Positions 1-9,162 of a stretch of 24,430 bases of DNA are shown one piece after another. Both the position numbers and the translations under genes were made by a program. Position 1 is the first letter of the stretch. The number at the start of each line of letters is the position of its first letter. The notes beneath the pieces are model-generated. The model saw nothing but the letters and a program-made list of their open reading frames with translations. It had not been told where the DNA came from and did no database searches. This DNA comes from a virus (taxonomy: Duplodnaviria; Caudoviricetes). The stretch is from IMG/VR virus record IMGVR_UViG_3300008007_000061, positions 1-24,430 of that record. One strand, written 5' to 3'.

Positions 1-411
1 CGACTTTCCCAGCACGGTCATGGCTGAGGCGACAGATTCAAAAATGGCCTTGCTGTCGGTGCTTGCGATCCCGGCACCTTTGGTGGCGGCGGAAAAACCG
101 ACATAGGCATCGGCGGTGCTTTGCAGATCTAGCCCCAGGCGGTTGGCAAGCTGCTGAATGTATTCCAGTTCGGCGGCGGCGCTGGTGCTGTCGCCGGTAA
201 TGGCCTTGAGGGCGTTTTGATAGCCCTCCCAAGCGGTGGTGGCTTCAACAACTTCGCGCACGGCAATGGCACCAGCCAAGGGGCCGAGGATAGAAATCAG
301 TTTGCGCCCGGCTTCTTCAACTGCCGACATTGAGCTGCCAACGCTTTTTAGCGCGGGGCTGGCATCGTCTTTGCCGTTGAGAATAATACTGATGATTTTA
401 TTGATGGACAT
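1..411 (-). CDS. Tail tape measure protein, N-terminal 137 aa (runs off window edge; not in ORF track)
   Basis: ATG at 411, open to position 1: MSINKIISIILNGKDDASPALKSV...AWEGYQNALKAITGDSTSAAAELEYIQQLANRLGLDLQSTADAYVGFSAAT. Tape-measure-like, Ala-rich helical sequence directly after the tail chaperone. Confidence 0.85.
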   Translation of the reverse strand, partial: MSINKIISIILNGKDDASPALKSVGSSMSAVEEAGRKLISILGPLAGAIAVREVVEATTAWEGYQNALKAITGDSTSAAAELEYIQQLANRLGLDLQSTADAYVGFSAATKGAGIASTDSKAIFESVASAMTVLGKS

Positions 412-424
412 GTGTGCCCCTGGG

Positions 425-592
425 TTAGGCTTTTGTTTTTATTTCGTCCATGTAGCGCGCCCATAAAAACCGCTCAATGTCGCTGAGATAGGGCGGGAAC
501 ATATCGGGCAGCAGCTCAAATAGCATCCGTTTATGTAAATAAGCCAGGCTCAGTGCGTCGCGGACGCGGGGGTCGCGCCAGAGCCGTTCGAC
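425..592 (-). CDS. Tail assembly chaperone -1 frameshift extension (gpT-like part of gpG-T)
   Basis: The -1 frame is open from slippery G GGA AAG (598-592) for 55 codons (VERLWRDPRVRDALSLAYLHKRMLFELLPDMFPPYLSDIERFLWARYMDEIKTKA) to TAA at 427-425, just before the tape measure ATG. Confidence 0.75.
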   Translation of the reverse strand, partial: VERLWRDPRVRDALSLAYLHKRMLFELLPDMFPPYLSDIERFLWARYMDEIKTKA

Positions 593-1014
593 TTTCCCGG
601 CTGCTGTCCCAACCCCGATAGAGACAAAATTTCATCGGTGAGCTTATACAACACCACCGGAAATGCCGATCCCAGTTTTACCGCTGTCGGCCGGTCGATT
701 TTTTCGACCGAACCGGCCAGCAGGGTTTCAATGCGGCGCTCATAGTCAGCAGGCAGGCTGTGATCCAGGCCGAACAGTTCTTGAACGGCGGCAAGCTTTT
801 CTTTGGCTTCACCACCAAGGGCCCCGGCCAGGGCATTCAGGGCACTGGTTTTTTCCCCGGCGGCGCGCACTGTCGCCAGTTCGGGCCCGGTCAACCCGCG
901 TACCGCCCACACCGGGCTTTCTTCGCCGTAATAGCTCGCCAATTCTGGAACCTCAACCAGGGCGGTGCGCGGAGTAAATTTTTCGCGATTAAACGCAGTG
1001 CTGTTGAATGCCAT
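550..1014 (-). CDS. Tail assembly chaperone (lambda gpG-like), 154 aa
   Basis: Lies between the major tail gene and tape measure gene; GGGAAAG heptamer near the 3' end. Confidence 0.75.
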   Translation of the reverse strand: MAFNSTAFNREKFTPRTALVEVPELASYYGEESPVWAVRGLTGPELATVRAAGEKTSALNALAGALGGEAKEKLAAVQELFGLDHSLPADYERRIETLLAGSVEKIDRPTAVKLGSAFPVVLYKLTDEILSLSGLGQQPGKSNGSGATPASATH

Positions 1015-1024
1015 GGGTTATCCC

Positions 1025-2050
1025 TTAACTGGAAAATTCGGCGCTTTCGGTTTCGGCAGAAATTGTCACTGTGGCCTGAATTTGTCCGGCCACGGGAAAG
1101 GTGCGCGCCAGCCCGATAGCGCCTTGCGTTAAAACGTAGGGGGTGGCATTGCGGTTGGGGAAAAACTTAACGGTCAGCACTTCGTCTTTGTCGGCCACAA
1201 GGGCATCGGTGACGCCATCGCTGAGCAGGGCGGTAAACTGGCCCTGCCCTAAGGTTTTGCTGCGGCTGCCGATAGTGCCGTTATAATATTGGGTGGAGGA
1301 TACGCTGTGGCTGTTTTCCGCAGGCTGAAAATCCATGCACTTTGCCATTTCACCGAAAATTGGCGCGTAATATTGTACATAAATGCCCTTGGTTGCACCG
1401 GCGGCGTGGCTTGCGGGCAAAGCGCTTGAAAATTTGATGTGAGCGTTGGTTTCAGCGGACACATCGGCAGACTGCCCCAGCCCGATGTTGTTAATCGTCC
1501 AGGTGGGAAAGTCGCTGCGCTCGCAATGCTGACCCACGATTTGAAAGATTTCACTGGCGGTGATGGCGGCGGCGGCTGAACTTGTCATGCGCACCTGGGC
1601 GATTTCGACCGAATCGGCCGGAATGACCGGCGGGCCACCGGCGGCCCCGCGAGTTTCGCTAAAAGCGGTGGTTGCCCCCGAGGTACCTGCAACTTCGGCC
1701 AGGGCGCCAGTACTGGTCATGGTAATACTGGAAATTTTGGAGACGTTGGTTGCGGGCCGGGTGATGGCAAAATCGGCATCGGCGATCACGCTAAACAGGG
1801 TGCCTTGTGAATAGGCGGTAAACGCGGCGACATCAACGACATCGTTACTTTCGCTGGCAGCGACGCTGACCAGGTTGCGACCAGTGACCACGCCGTTGGG
1901 ACGCAGATCGGGTTCTTGTCCACTTTTGCCGCTGAAAACATCGTCGGCAGCGGTGAAATATTGGTGATCTCCGCTATCGGTGGCAGCGGTGTAATTTTGC
2001 AGGGTCGCGCCCTGCTCCAGGTAAATGACAGCTTTTTCGGCGGTGGCCAT
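1025..2050 (-). CDS. Probable major tail (tube) protein, 341 aa
   Basis: Ala/Ser/Thr-rich beta-type sequence, strong RBS (AAAGGAG), position upstream of chaperone and tape measure genes. Confidence 0.6.
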   Translation of the reverse strand: MATAEKAVIYLEQGATLQNYTAATDSGDHQYFTAADDVFSGKSGQEPDLRPNGVVTGRNLVSVAASESNDVVDVAAFTAYSQGTLFSVIADADFAITRPATNVSKISSITMTSTGALAEVAGTSGATTAFSETRGAAGGPPVIPADSVEIAQVRMTSSAAAAITASEIFQIVGQHCERSDFPTWTINNIGLGQSADVSAETNAHIKFSSALPASHAAGATKGIYVQYYAPIFGEMAKCMDFQPAENSHSVSSTQYYNGTIGSRSKTLGQGQFTALLSDGVTDALVADKDEVLTVKFFPNRNATPYVLTQGAIGLARTFPVAGQIQATVTISAETESAEFSS

Positions 2051-2062
2051 GAGAAGACTCCT

Positions 2063-2845
2063 TTATTTTTTGAGTTTGGCGAGCTGGATTTCCAGGGCAT
2101 CGCTGATATTTTTTAAATTATCGCGGTCAACGACGCGATTGATGATAGCGTAAAAGGGATAGCGCTCTTTGTATTTTGGGCGGTCAACAAAAAACAGCAT
2201 GGGGCGGATGCTGTCGTTGGCCATGCGTTCAAAAATCCCGACATTCTGACCGTTCTTTGTTAGAGCAAAAAATTTAATCTGATCTCCGCCCATGCCATTG
2301 TTACTGGCCGAGCCACTTTTGACGCCAGTGTAAAGAATTTTGTTCATCGTGGCCCCGGTGACGTTGCCATACTGATTTTTTTTCACAACCTTTGACGGCA
2401 CCAGGTATTGACGATTCGCTGGCATAATGCCTGAGCGCTGCAAGGTTTTTTCGCTGGATTTAAACGGGCGGGGCACGCCGTAGACCTGCGAACGCATACT
2501 CGCCGGAGCTTCGGTTGTCCCCATCAGGTGGCGTGGAACGCGGCCAAAATCCCATTTAAACTGCACGGACGCCTTGACCGGGTTTTCTTCTTTTTCTGCC
2601 GGAAACACAAACAGGCTGTTTTTAATAAAGGGTGTCGGGCGGTCGAGGTAGCGCGGCATATCGGCCACGGCCTGATTTTTGGCAGCATAGGCGGTTTTTG
2701 TCAGGCCAATCGCCAGCACTTTGGGCAGCGATTCCCCCAGATCTTTCAGGCCCAGACGCACCAGCTCCACGGCGCTGAGATCGTTGGCAGTGATCGTGCC
2801 GCGGTTATCGGCGGAAAATAAAATATTCCAGTTTCGGTCAGCCAT
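2063..2845 (-). CDS. Neck/tail completion protein, 260 aa
   Basis: Basic protein with a LTKTA...DRPTPF motif typical of phage neck/minor tail proteins; synteny. Confidence 0.5.
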   Translation of the reverse strand: MADRNWNILFSADNRGTITANDLSAVELVRLGLKDLGESLPKVLAIGLTKTAYAAKNQAVADMPRYLDRPTPFIKNSLFVFPAEKEENPVKASVQFKWDFGRVPRHLMGTTEAPASMRSQVYGVPRPFKSSEKTLQRSGIMPANRQYLVPSKVVKKNQYGNVTGATMNKILYTGVKSGSASNNGMGGDQIKFFALTKNGQNVGIFERMANDSIRPMLFFVDRPKYKERYPFYAIINRVVDRDNLKNISDALEIQLAKLKK

Positions 2846-2846
2846 G

Positions 2847-3245
2847 TTAGTACCCCAGCGCGGTGGTCATATAGACCAGCTCAAAGGTCAGCTGCTGGTG
2901 GTTGATCTGCTGAGCCACCTGTTCGGCATCTTCGCTGATGCCAGACAAGGCCACACTTTCAATAACACTGGCCAGGCTGGTATCGGAATCAATCGCGGTG
3001 ATCAGTTCCGTACCGGCGGCTTCAACTTCGGTGATGGTTTCAGCGATAATCATAACCACAATTTGCAGGCGGTTTTCGACCAGGTTGTATGCCTGGCGAG
3101 CCCGCCGGACATCTCCAGCAACCATCATGGCCACGGGCAACTGATCGACACTGGCCGGGCGCAGGCGGCGCGGCAGCACGGTGACGCTGCCTACGGCGCT
3201 GGCGGCTGAGACAAAGGCCTGGAAAACGGTTTCGCGCTGACTCAT
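2847..3245 (-). CDS. Tail terminator-like protein (gpU-like), 132 aa
   Basis: Size, MSQRETV start, LPV motif, C-terminal strand FELVY; synteny. Confidence 0.5.
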   Translation of the reverse strand: MSQRETVFQAFVSAASAVGSVTVLPRRLRPASVDQLPVAMMVAGDVRRARQAYNLVENRLQIVVMIIAETITEVEAAGTELITAIDSDTSLASVIESVALSGISEDAEQVAQQINHQQLTFELVYMTTALGY

Positions 3246-3535
3246 ATTGCCTCGCTCAGATACAGCATGGTGATACCGATACCGGTTTGTACGACCGGGC
3301 CGATGACGTTATAATTTTTGGTGCCGATAACAACTAGGTTTCCTTCTTCAACGCCAGCGGTAGCGGCGTCGGTGTCGGTAATATGCAGCACCGGCGCGCT
3401 GGTATTGATGACCCCTTCCCCGACATTGACTTGATGAAACTGATCGATAAACCAGCCATAAATTCCCGTTATTCCATTGAGGCTAATTTGCAGCCCATCG
3501 CCAGCCATTTTAATGGTTTCCAGTGCGTCGCTCAT
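3242..3535 (-). CDS. Head-tail joining protein (gpFII-like), 97 aa
   Basis: Small beta-rich protein (..GVEEGNLVVIGTKNYNVIG...GITMLYL); ATGA overlaps with both neighbours. Confidence 0.55.
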   Translation of the reverse strand: MSDALETIKMAGDGLQISLNGITGIYGWFIDQFHQVNVGEGVINTSAPVLHITDTDAATAGVEEGNLVVIGTKNYNVIGPVVQTGIGITMLYLSEAI

Positions 3536-4146
3536 AAACTCCAGGCCTCATGTCGCCGGGGGATGTTTTCGTCGGCGAGGAGTTGGGAATATTTGGCTTC
3601 GATGTGGTGGACGTAATCGATGATTTGTTTCCAATCGGGCGTTTTGCCGTTGACGTGGCATTGGTGGTTGCGCAACTGCTTTTTGGCGGCTTCCCAGGTT
3701 TGCCACCAGCCGGGTGTGCTGCCGGTGCGTTGCCACTGGACAAAGTCACTCGGCAGGTTTTCAGCGGCCCGGGCGAGTTGCAGGGCGCGGTTGATGTAAC
3801 CTTTGCCCCCGTTGTAGCTGGCAAAGGCAAAGCGCAGGCGCTCACGGTGGTTGGGAATTTCGGAAAAATCGCCATAAAGCTTGGCCAGATAGGTGATTCC
3901 CGCGGCCAGGTTTTTAAGCGGGTCGAAGGGGTCGGAACACCCGAGCTCGCGGGCGGTGGCGGGCATGAGCTGCAAGAGCCCCTGGGCACCGCAGGGTGAG
4001 GTGGCGTCAATTTGATAACTGCTTTCTTTCCAAACTTGCGCTTTGACCCACAACCACCCAAACTCGGTGAGATCATCGAGCAGAGCGGGGAAATAGTGCT
4101 CGACCATGTAATAGAGGGTTTCGTTGTCATCAAAAAATTTAGCCAT
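3532..4146 (-). CDS. Lytic transglycosylase (SLT-domain) endolysin, 204 aa
   Basis: SLT motifs ES, GAQGLLQLMPATA, DPLKNLAAGITYL, ASYNGG. Start moved to ATG 4146, which overlaps the upstream stop. Confidence 0.85.
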   Translation of the reverse strand: MAKFFDDNETLYYMVEHYFPALLDDLTEFGWLWVKAQVWKESSYQIDATSPCGAQGLLQLMPATARELGCSDPFDPLKNLAAGITYLAKLYGDFSEIPNHRERLRFAFASYNGGKGYINRALQLARAAENLPSDFVQWQRTGSTPGWWQTWEAAKKQLRNHQCHVNGKTPDWKQIIDYVHHIEAKYSQLLADENIPRRHEAWSL

Positions 4147-4435
4147 GGCGTAAGACTCCGCTGGTGATGGACCAAACAATAAGGGCAAAGATTGCGCCGA
4201 TGCCACTGGTGTAGAGCACCACCCACATACGGATGGCGGCGGCGCCGGGGGCTTTTTCGAGTTCGACGACCCGGCGTTCAATTTTTATCATCCAGTCGCG
4301 CAGCCCGTTGAGGCTGGTGGTTAGGTGGGTGATATCGTTTTGCTGCACCGCGATTTGTGAGACAACGTCGGTCAAGCGGTCGACTTTGGTTTCCATGCGG
4401 TGGATAGTGGGCGCCTGCTGGCAAGGGTCGGTCAT
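4139..4435 (-). CDS. Putative holin (coiled coil plus one C-terminal TM helix, XhlA-like architecture), 98 aa
   Basis: Heptad-like N-terminus, hydrophobic MWVVLYTSGIGAIFALIVWSI, directly upstream of the SLT gene; RBS GAGG. Confidence 0.55.
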   Translation of the reverse strand: MTDPCQQAPTIHRMETKVDRLTDVVSQIAVQQNDITHLTTSLNGLRDWMIKIERRVVELEKAPGAAAIRMWVVLYTSGIGAIFALIVWSITSGVLRHG

Positions 4436-4495
4436 GGTTTTACCTCGTCACGTAATGCGGGTGTGAAGCCTTACGCCCCTACGGGTTGTTTTTTT

Positions 4496-4542
4496 GAATT
4501 TTTCAAAAACGCTGATCCGGGATCAGAAATTTTGAAAAATTC
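4496..4542. repeat. 47-bp nested inverted repeat upstream of the lysis genes
   Basis: Perfect 13-bp arms gaatttttcaaaa/ttttgaaaaattc enclosing ctgatc-cgg-gatcag. Confidence 0.8.
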
Positions 4543-4583
4543 CCCGGCGGCGAGGAGGGAGGGCGCCACCGGGGCATGAGGGT

Positions 4584-4823
4584 TCAGGATTTGGTGCGAC
4601 CTCCCCCCTGGGTGGCGGGGAGATCGTCGGTTTTAGTGCCGTTTTTGGCGGCCGTTTTTTTTTGGATGATGCCTTTTTTTTGGATGATGCCTTTTTTTGC
4701 GGCACTGATGGCTTTGGCATCGGCCAGGCTGATGTGCCGGGGGATGGAAAAGCGCAGACCTTCGGCGAGGTAACGCCCCCGGCTGTCGTAGGTTCCGCAG
4801 GTGATGAGCAGACTATCAGCCAT
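4584..4823 (-). CDS. Small basic head-module protein, 79 aa
   Basis: ATG 4823 overlaps the end of DUF2190; Lys-rich tail. Confidence 0.55.
   Translation of the reverse strand: MADSLLITCGTYDSRGRYLAEGLRFSIPRHISLADAKAISAAKKGIIQKKGIIQKKTAAKNGTKTDDLPATQGGGRTKS
4656..4698. repeat. 18-bp tandem duplication (KKGIIQ x2) with poly-T tracts
   Basis: ttttttttggatgatgcc at 4656-4673 and 4674-4691. Confidence 0.85.
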
Positions 4824-5148
4824 TGAGCTTGACCTGTACGGTAGTGGTAGCGGTTGCCGAAGCGGCGGTGGCGTAGCCCGCCAGGGTTTGCGCGGTGGCG
4901 GTTTTGTCGAGCTCGCCGCTGGTGGCGTCGCAATAGAGCAGATCACCTTGTTCGACGGCCAGGGAGGCTTCTTTGGGGACTTCAAAAACGCCGGAGACGG
5001 CAACGGCCCCGCTGGTACCGTTGGCAATAGCGACACTGGCGACGCCAACGCGCTGCCCGATGATGACCAGGTCACCCGCGGCAATGGCGCTGCCGGTGGC
5101 GTTGGTATAAGTGAGGGTGTTGCCCTCTTGGATAAAGTTTGTAGACAT
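4816..5148 (-). CDS. DUF2190-family capsid cement/decoration protein, 110 aa
   Basis: MSTNFIQEG..., GVASVAIA, GVFEVPK, GDLLY, VQVKLN motifs; follows the capsid gene. Confidence 0.85.
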   Translation of the reverse strand: MSTNFIQEGNTLTYTNATGSAIAAGDLVIIGQRVGVASVAIANGTSGAVAVSGVFEVPKEASLAVEQGDLLYCDATSGELDKTATAQTLAGYATAASATATTTVQVKLNG

Positions 5149-5178
5149 GGTCTTTTCTCCTTTTTTTCGTATGGGGTG

Positions 5179-5204
5179 AGGCGGGCTAAGTTTTCAGCCC
5201 GCCT
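5179..5204 (-). terminator. Stem-loop after the major capsid gene (no U-tract; mRNA stabiliser or weak terminator)
   Basis: aggcgggct-aagttttc-agcccgcct, 9-bp perfect stem. Confidence 0.45.
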
Positions 5205-5214
5205 GGATCATTGC

Positions 5215-7197
5215 TTAGGCACCGGCGTTTTTGACCAGGGCTTTCCAACTGAGGGCTTTGGCCCCGGCATCGATGCGGGTTTTGAATTCAACCCCGTCGA
5301 TAGTCCAACCGTCGCGGGTTTCGAGGTAAGGCACGCGATTACCGGCCAGGAAAAAGACCTTGACGGTTTTGCCTTTAGGCCCGGCGAAGTAGTAGGCGGT
5401 GGCGCTATCGTCGTCGAGGCGGGCGTCGAAAACGCGCTCGAAGCGGCTACCGGCATAGGGGTTGGCTTGCTGGCTGCCGGTGGTGACGTCGAGCATTTGG
5501 CTGCCGAAGAAAATTTCGGCGCTACCTTGCAGGGCCTTGGGCAAGAGGACATAGCGCGGGTTGATGTTGAGACGGCGCTTATCGCCGATGTCTTTTTGCA
5601 GGCCCATCTTTTTAATGGCTTCGGCAACGGTGGTGGCAGAGAGTGCGCCGCCGGTGCCGAGGTTGGCATGGGTGGAATGGAACAGGGCCACGCCGTCGCC
5701 CATGGCGCTGTTGGCGGTGAGTACGGCATAAACCAGGTCGCCGACTTTGCGCGCGGCGGCTTCACCCCGGCGGGCAAAGGCATCGGTGATGGCGCCCATG
5801 TCGTCATTGATGAGGGCCTGGCGGGTGATTTTGTTGAGCTTGCCGTACGTGGCGATTTTGAAGCTTTCGCTTTGCTCGGCCAGACTGCCGTATTTGTATT
5901 CGTCGTCTTCGCCGATTTCGTCGAGATCGTCGGTTTCCCCGGCGCGGGCCAGGGTGTGGGTTTTGAAATCACTGACGCTACCCGAACCATCGGCCCAGGT
6001 TTCCCAGGTTTCTTCGGTGCTTTCCCAGCCGGTGAGCATGGCGAGGTTGGCGGTGTTGCCGAGTAGCACGGGGAAATCGGAACTGGTGAGGGCACGGCCA
6101 ACCATTTGCATGGCATCGCCGTTGGTGGGCTGACCGGCCAGGCGTAAGGACTCGCGGGCCAGTTCGCACAGGGTGTAACCGCGCAGATCTTGACTTCCCG
6201 CAGCGAGCTTGGCGGGATCGTGGCGCAGCCCGGCGCGCAGGATGAGGGCGCCTTCGGCGGCGGCACGAAACTTGTCGCGCTCGTCGGCGATGACGGCGCT
6301 GCCACGATGGGCGACAGCCGGAGCGGCCTTCATGTGCTTGGCCATGACGGCGGCGCGGGCGGCTTCAATGGGTTTGTTGCCGTCGATCAGCTCGCGGGCG
6401 AGATCGGCAAAGCCGTAAAAATCGCACATGCTTCGGATTTCTTCGCGGCGGGCGATTTCGGTGCGGGTTTGCTCATCGGCCATGCGTTTGACGTCGGCTT
6501 CGGTGAGGCTGCGGGTTTGCTCTGGAACTTCGGCTTTTGCGGGGGCGGTGGTTTGATTGTCGCCACGGCCCGTGTCGGTTTTTTCTTCTGACATGGTGCG
6601 GATCTCCTTTTCAGGGGTTTGGGGGGGCTGCGTGGCAGCGGCAAGTGATCGTGCTTTGGCAAATTCGTCGGCGCCGATGGGACAGGTAGAGAGCTCGCGG
6701 ACTTTCCACCGGGTGGCGACTTTTAAGGGGCCAGCGTATGTGCGGCCCTGGATGAGTTGAGATTGACCCGCGGGGATATGCGTTGATTCGAGGACGCGAT
6801 ACCCGATGCTGTAATCGGTAAGGTGGCCTTGCCGGGTTTTGTTCCAGGCGGCTTCGGCGGTGGGGTCACCGTCGGCATAATGGGCGCGGCCGACCAGCTC
6901 GCTATTTTCAACCCGCAGGGCGCGGCAGCTGCCGAGGACGCTGGAAACGTCGCCGCGATAGTGGGTATCGAGCAGAGGGATTTGACGCGATTCTGGCAAC
7001 TGGCACCCGCTCATGAGCAAAATTTCCGGGATGATTTCTCCGCGTTCCCAATCAAAAACATCAACCGGGTTTTCGGTGCTGCACACCACATCGACTGCGC
7101 GGGCGGCGGTGTCGAGGCTTTGGGGGCGCCCGTCGCTTTGCAGGCGCAGGGACAGGCTGCGGGTGCAAAGTCCGGTGGGAAAATTGCTATTGGGCAT
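5215..7197 (-). CDS. Prohead protease-major capsid protein fusion, 660 aa
   Basis: N-terminal HK97-type protease motifs (PLLDTH, YSIGY, ELSTCPIGAD), acidic linker, C-terminal capsid motifs (TSSDFP, TYGKL, ITRQALINDD). Confidence 0.9.
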   Translation of the reverse strand: MPNSNFPTGLCTRSLSLRLQSDGRPQSLDTAARAVDVVCSTENPVDVFDWERGEIIPEILLMSGCQLPESRQIPLLDTHYRGDVSSVLGSCRALRVENSELVGRAHYADGDPTAEAAWNKTRQGHLTDYSIGYRVLESTHIPAGQSQLIQGRTYAGPLKVATRWKVRELSTCPIGADEFAKARSLAAATQPPQTPEKEIRTMSEEKTDTGRGDNQTTAPAKAEVPEQTRSLTEADVKRMADEQTRTEIARREEIRSMCDFYGFADLARELIDGNKPIEAARAAVMAKHMKAAPAVAHRGSAVIADERDKFRAAAEGALILRAGLRHDPAKLAAGSQDLRGYTLCELARESLRLAGQPTNGDAMQMVGRALTSSDFPVLLGNTANLAMLTGWESTEETWETWADGSGSVSDFKTHTLARAGETDDLDEIGEDDEYKYGSLAEQSESFKIATYGKLNKITRQALINDDMGAITDAFARRGEAAARKVGDLVYAVLTANSAMGDGVALFHSTHANLGTGGALSATTVAEAIKKMGLQKDIGDKRRLNINPRYVLLPKALQGSAEIFFGSQMLDVTTGSQQANPYAGSRFERVFDARLDDDSATAYYFAGPKGKTVKVFFLAGNRVPYLETRDGWTIDGVEFKTRIDAGAKALSWKALVKNAGA

Positions 7198-8746
7198 GGT
7201 CTTGGGTCTCCTTGATCAGTTCGCGCCGGTCAATGGCATCTTCAACGGCGCGGGTTATGAGCTGGGCCAGCCCGCGTTCGTCGGCGCCATTGGCGGCGGG
7301 GTTGTTGGCTAAGGCGGTGCTGCCGGTTTCGAGGTACAGCCCGCGTTCTTCAACCATTTGCTGAAATTCGCCGAGCTCATCAAGGATTTCTTCGATATCG
7401 ACCCCGCGGCGGGCGGCGATGCGCTGGGGCGAGTTGAGACCGGCGGTCATGTCGTCGCGGTTGGCTTTGGATTCGCGCAAGGGATCGATGGGCTCCATGC
7501 CTGGCGGCAGGTACATGGCCCGCCAGTAGCGGCGCGGATCGGCGAAATAGCCAGGCAGATTGAGGCGGCCGGCGGTGACGGCGGCGGTGATGATCTCGCG
7601 CACCACCGGCTGCACGAACTGGCGAACGTGGCGGGCCTGATGCGGGGCGAAGCTTTTGAGGGTGTCTTGACGCTCTCCGCGCAGGCTGGTGTAGTTGTAA
7701 TCGGCGTGATTGCCGGACAGGGCCGAAAACGGTACGCCGCAGGCAATGGCGACGGTGCGCAGCACAAATTTGGTAAAAGGGTCAAAGGTGTCGCCGGGGT
7801 TATCGTTTTTGGCAAAGCTGATTTTTTCTCCGGGGCGAAGATATTCAATGATGGCGTTTTCGAGGTTTTCGATTTTTTTGCCTTCGTCTTCGCCGCTGCC
7901 GGGGACGGTGCGAAGGGCCTGAAAGCCGGCGGCGTCGCCGGTTTCAACCATGGCCAGATATTTGGCGGCGAGCTTGGCGGTGTCAATGGTGGCATCAAGA
8001 TAATCGGCCAGGTCGTGGGCAATGAGCACGGCGGTGACAAAGGGCGAGATGCCCCGCAGCTGCCCGCCCCGGCGGGTGTCGTATCCGCGCAGCACGTAAT
8101 CGGCCGGGATGCGCTGGGGCGGGCGGATGCTTTCAGGATCGGCGATATGATAGGCGACAATACGCCCGGTGGCCGGGTCGTATTCGACCCCGTTGTCGAT
8201 GGCCATGCCTGTGGCCGACGCGGCGTTGTAGCCGGAGAGCCATTCGGCTTCGATAGGCTGCAGGCAGAATGGGACGTAACGGCTGCGGTCGTTGAGGTAG
8301 CGTTTGACAAATAGAAATTCGCCGGATTCAACTTCTTCCATTTTTGCCAGGCGCTCGAGGTCGGTACCGTGCAGGCGGCCGGCGGCGTCGAGTTCTTCCA
8401 TGCCCCAGGCAACGGCGTCTTCAATTTTCTGGCAGGTGAGGCGGTCGAATTTGGGAACGTTTTTGGTACCGGGGTGCCAGTCGGGATTGAGGACGCGGCT
8501 TTGAAAGGTGGTTCCGGTGCCGACGGTGAAGTCAACCATGATGTTGGCGGCGCGGGCGAAATAGGGGAAGTCGCGCACCAGCTGGCGCACACGGCGGGTG
8601 ACGGCCGGGGCGCTGGTGCGGAGCAGCTGGTTGACGTTATCGCCGACGGGCAACCAATCGCCGGTAATGCGGCTGACTTTGGCGGCGGCATATTGGCGCT
8701 GCTGTAAGTGCCTGGGAACGGGGTAGCTTTTGCCGATACGCGCCAT
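7187..8746 (-). CDS. Portal protein, lambda family, 519 aa
   Basis: Motifs NGVEYD, GQLRGIS, NYTSLR, IDPLRE. Start moved to ATG 8746 (TAATG overlap with the gpW stop). Confidence 0.9.
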   Translation of the reverse strand: MARIGKSYPVPRHLQQRQYAAAKVSRITGDWLPVGDNVNQLLRTSAPAVTRRVRQLVRDFPYFARAANIMVDFTVGTGTTFQSRVLNPDWHPGTKNVPKFDRLTCQKIEDAVAWGMEELDAAGRLHGTDLERLAKMEEVESGEFLFVKRYLNDRSRYVPFCLQPIEAEWLSGYNAASATGMAIDNGVEYDPATGRIVAYHIADPESIRPPQRIPADYVLRGYDTRRGGQLRGISPFVTAVLIAHDLADYLDATIDTAKLAAKYLAMVETGDAAGFQALRTVPGSGEDEGKKIENLENAIIEYLRPGEKISFAKNDNPGDTFDPFTKFVLRTVAIACGVPFSALSGNHADYNYTSLRGERQDTLKSFAPHQARHVRQFVQPVVREIITAAVTAGRLNLPGYFADPRRYWRAMYLPPGMEPIDPLRESKANRDDMTAGLNSPQRIAARRGVDIEEILDELGEFQQMVEERGLYLETGSTALANNPAANGADERGLAQLITRAVEDAIDRRELIKETQDHAQ

Positions 8747-8991
8747 TAACCACGGCCCCCTTGTTTTGCATAGGTGCGACCGGCCACGGCGGCGCTGCCG
8801 GTTTCGAGGCTGTCGCGCTCGGCCTGTAGCCAGGTGAGGGTGTTGCGGACTTCGGGAAGGTCGACCCGGCGCAGGGTGCGGCGCGAGCCGTTGCACTCAA
8901 TGGTGTATTCCTCCGCGGTGGCCAGCCCCAGCAGGGCGGCTTTATATGCTGCAATCTGGGGGTCTAGTTCGGCAATGGTGAACAGGGCCAT
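8746..8991 (-). CDS. gpW-like head-to-tail joining protein, 81 aa
   Basis: EYTI..GSRRTLRRVDL motif, immediately upstream of a lambda-type portal gene. Confidence 0.75.
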   Translation of the reverse strand: MALFTIAELDPQIAAYKAALLGLATAEEYTIECNGSRRTLRRVDLPEVRNTLTWLQAERDSLETGSAAVAGRTYAKQGGRG

Positions 8992-9113
8992 GCGCGCGGT
9001 CTCCGGGGTTTTGGGAACGCGCTCAGGATAAGGGGGAGTTTTGGTTGATTTTGAAGAATGGTGGAAAAACGGGCAAAGATACTGGTCTTTGCTGGAGGAT
9101 GCGGGTCTTTAGG

Positions 9114-9133
9114 GTTGACAGGTAACTGTCAAC
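9114..9133. promoter_or_regulatory. Palindromic site GTTGACAG-GTAA-CTGTCAAC upstream of the head operon
   Basis: Perfect 8-bp arms carrying TTGACA on both strands; ggtcttt direct repeats nearby (9084-9090, 9104-9110). Confidence 0.5.
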
Positions 9134-9162
9134 ACAAATAATCAACTAAATTGTTGTTTTTC

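Noticed and set aside
4496-4542. cos site or protelomerase target
   Set aside because: Wrong position for a lambda-type cos (expected upstream of the small terminase), interrupted palindrome, and no protelomerase in the window.
4801-8707. Long alternative-frame and antisense ORFs (e.g. 4801..6066, 5208..6305, 7358..8314, 7447..8691)
   Set aside because: Shadows of GC-rich capsid and portal genes; no motifs or ribosome-binding sites.
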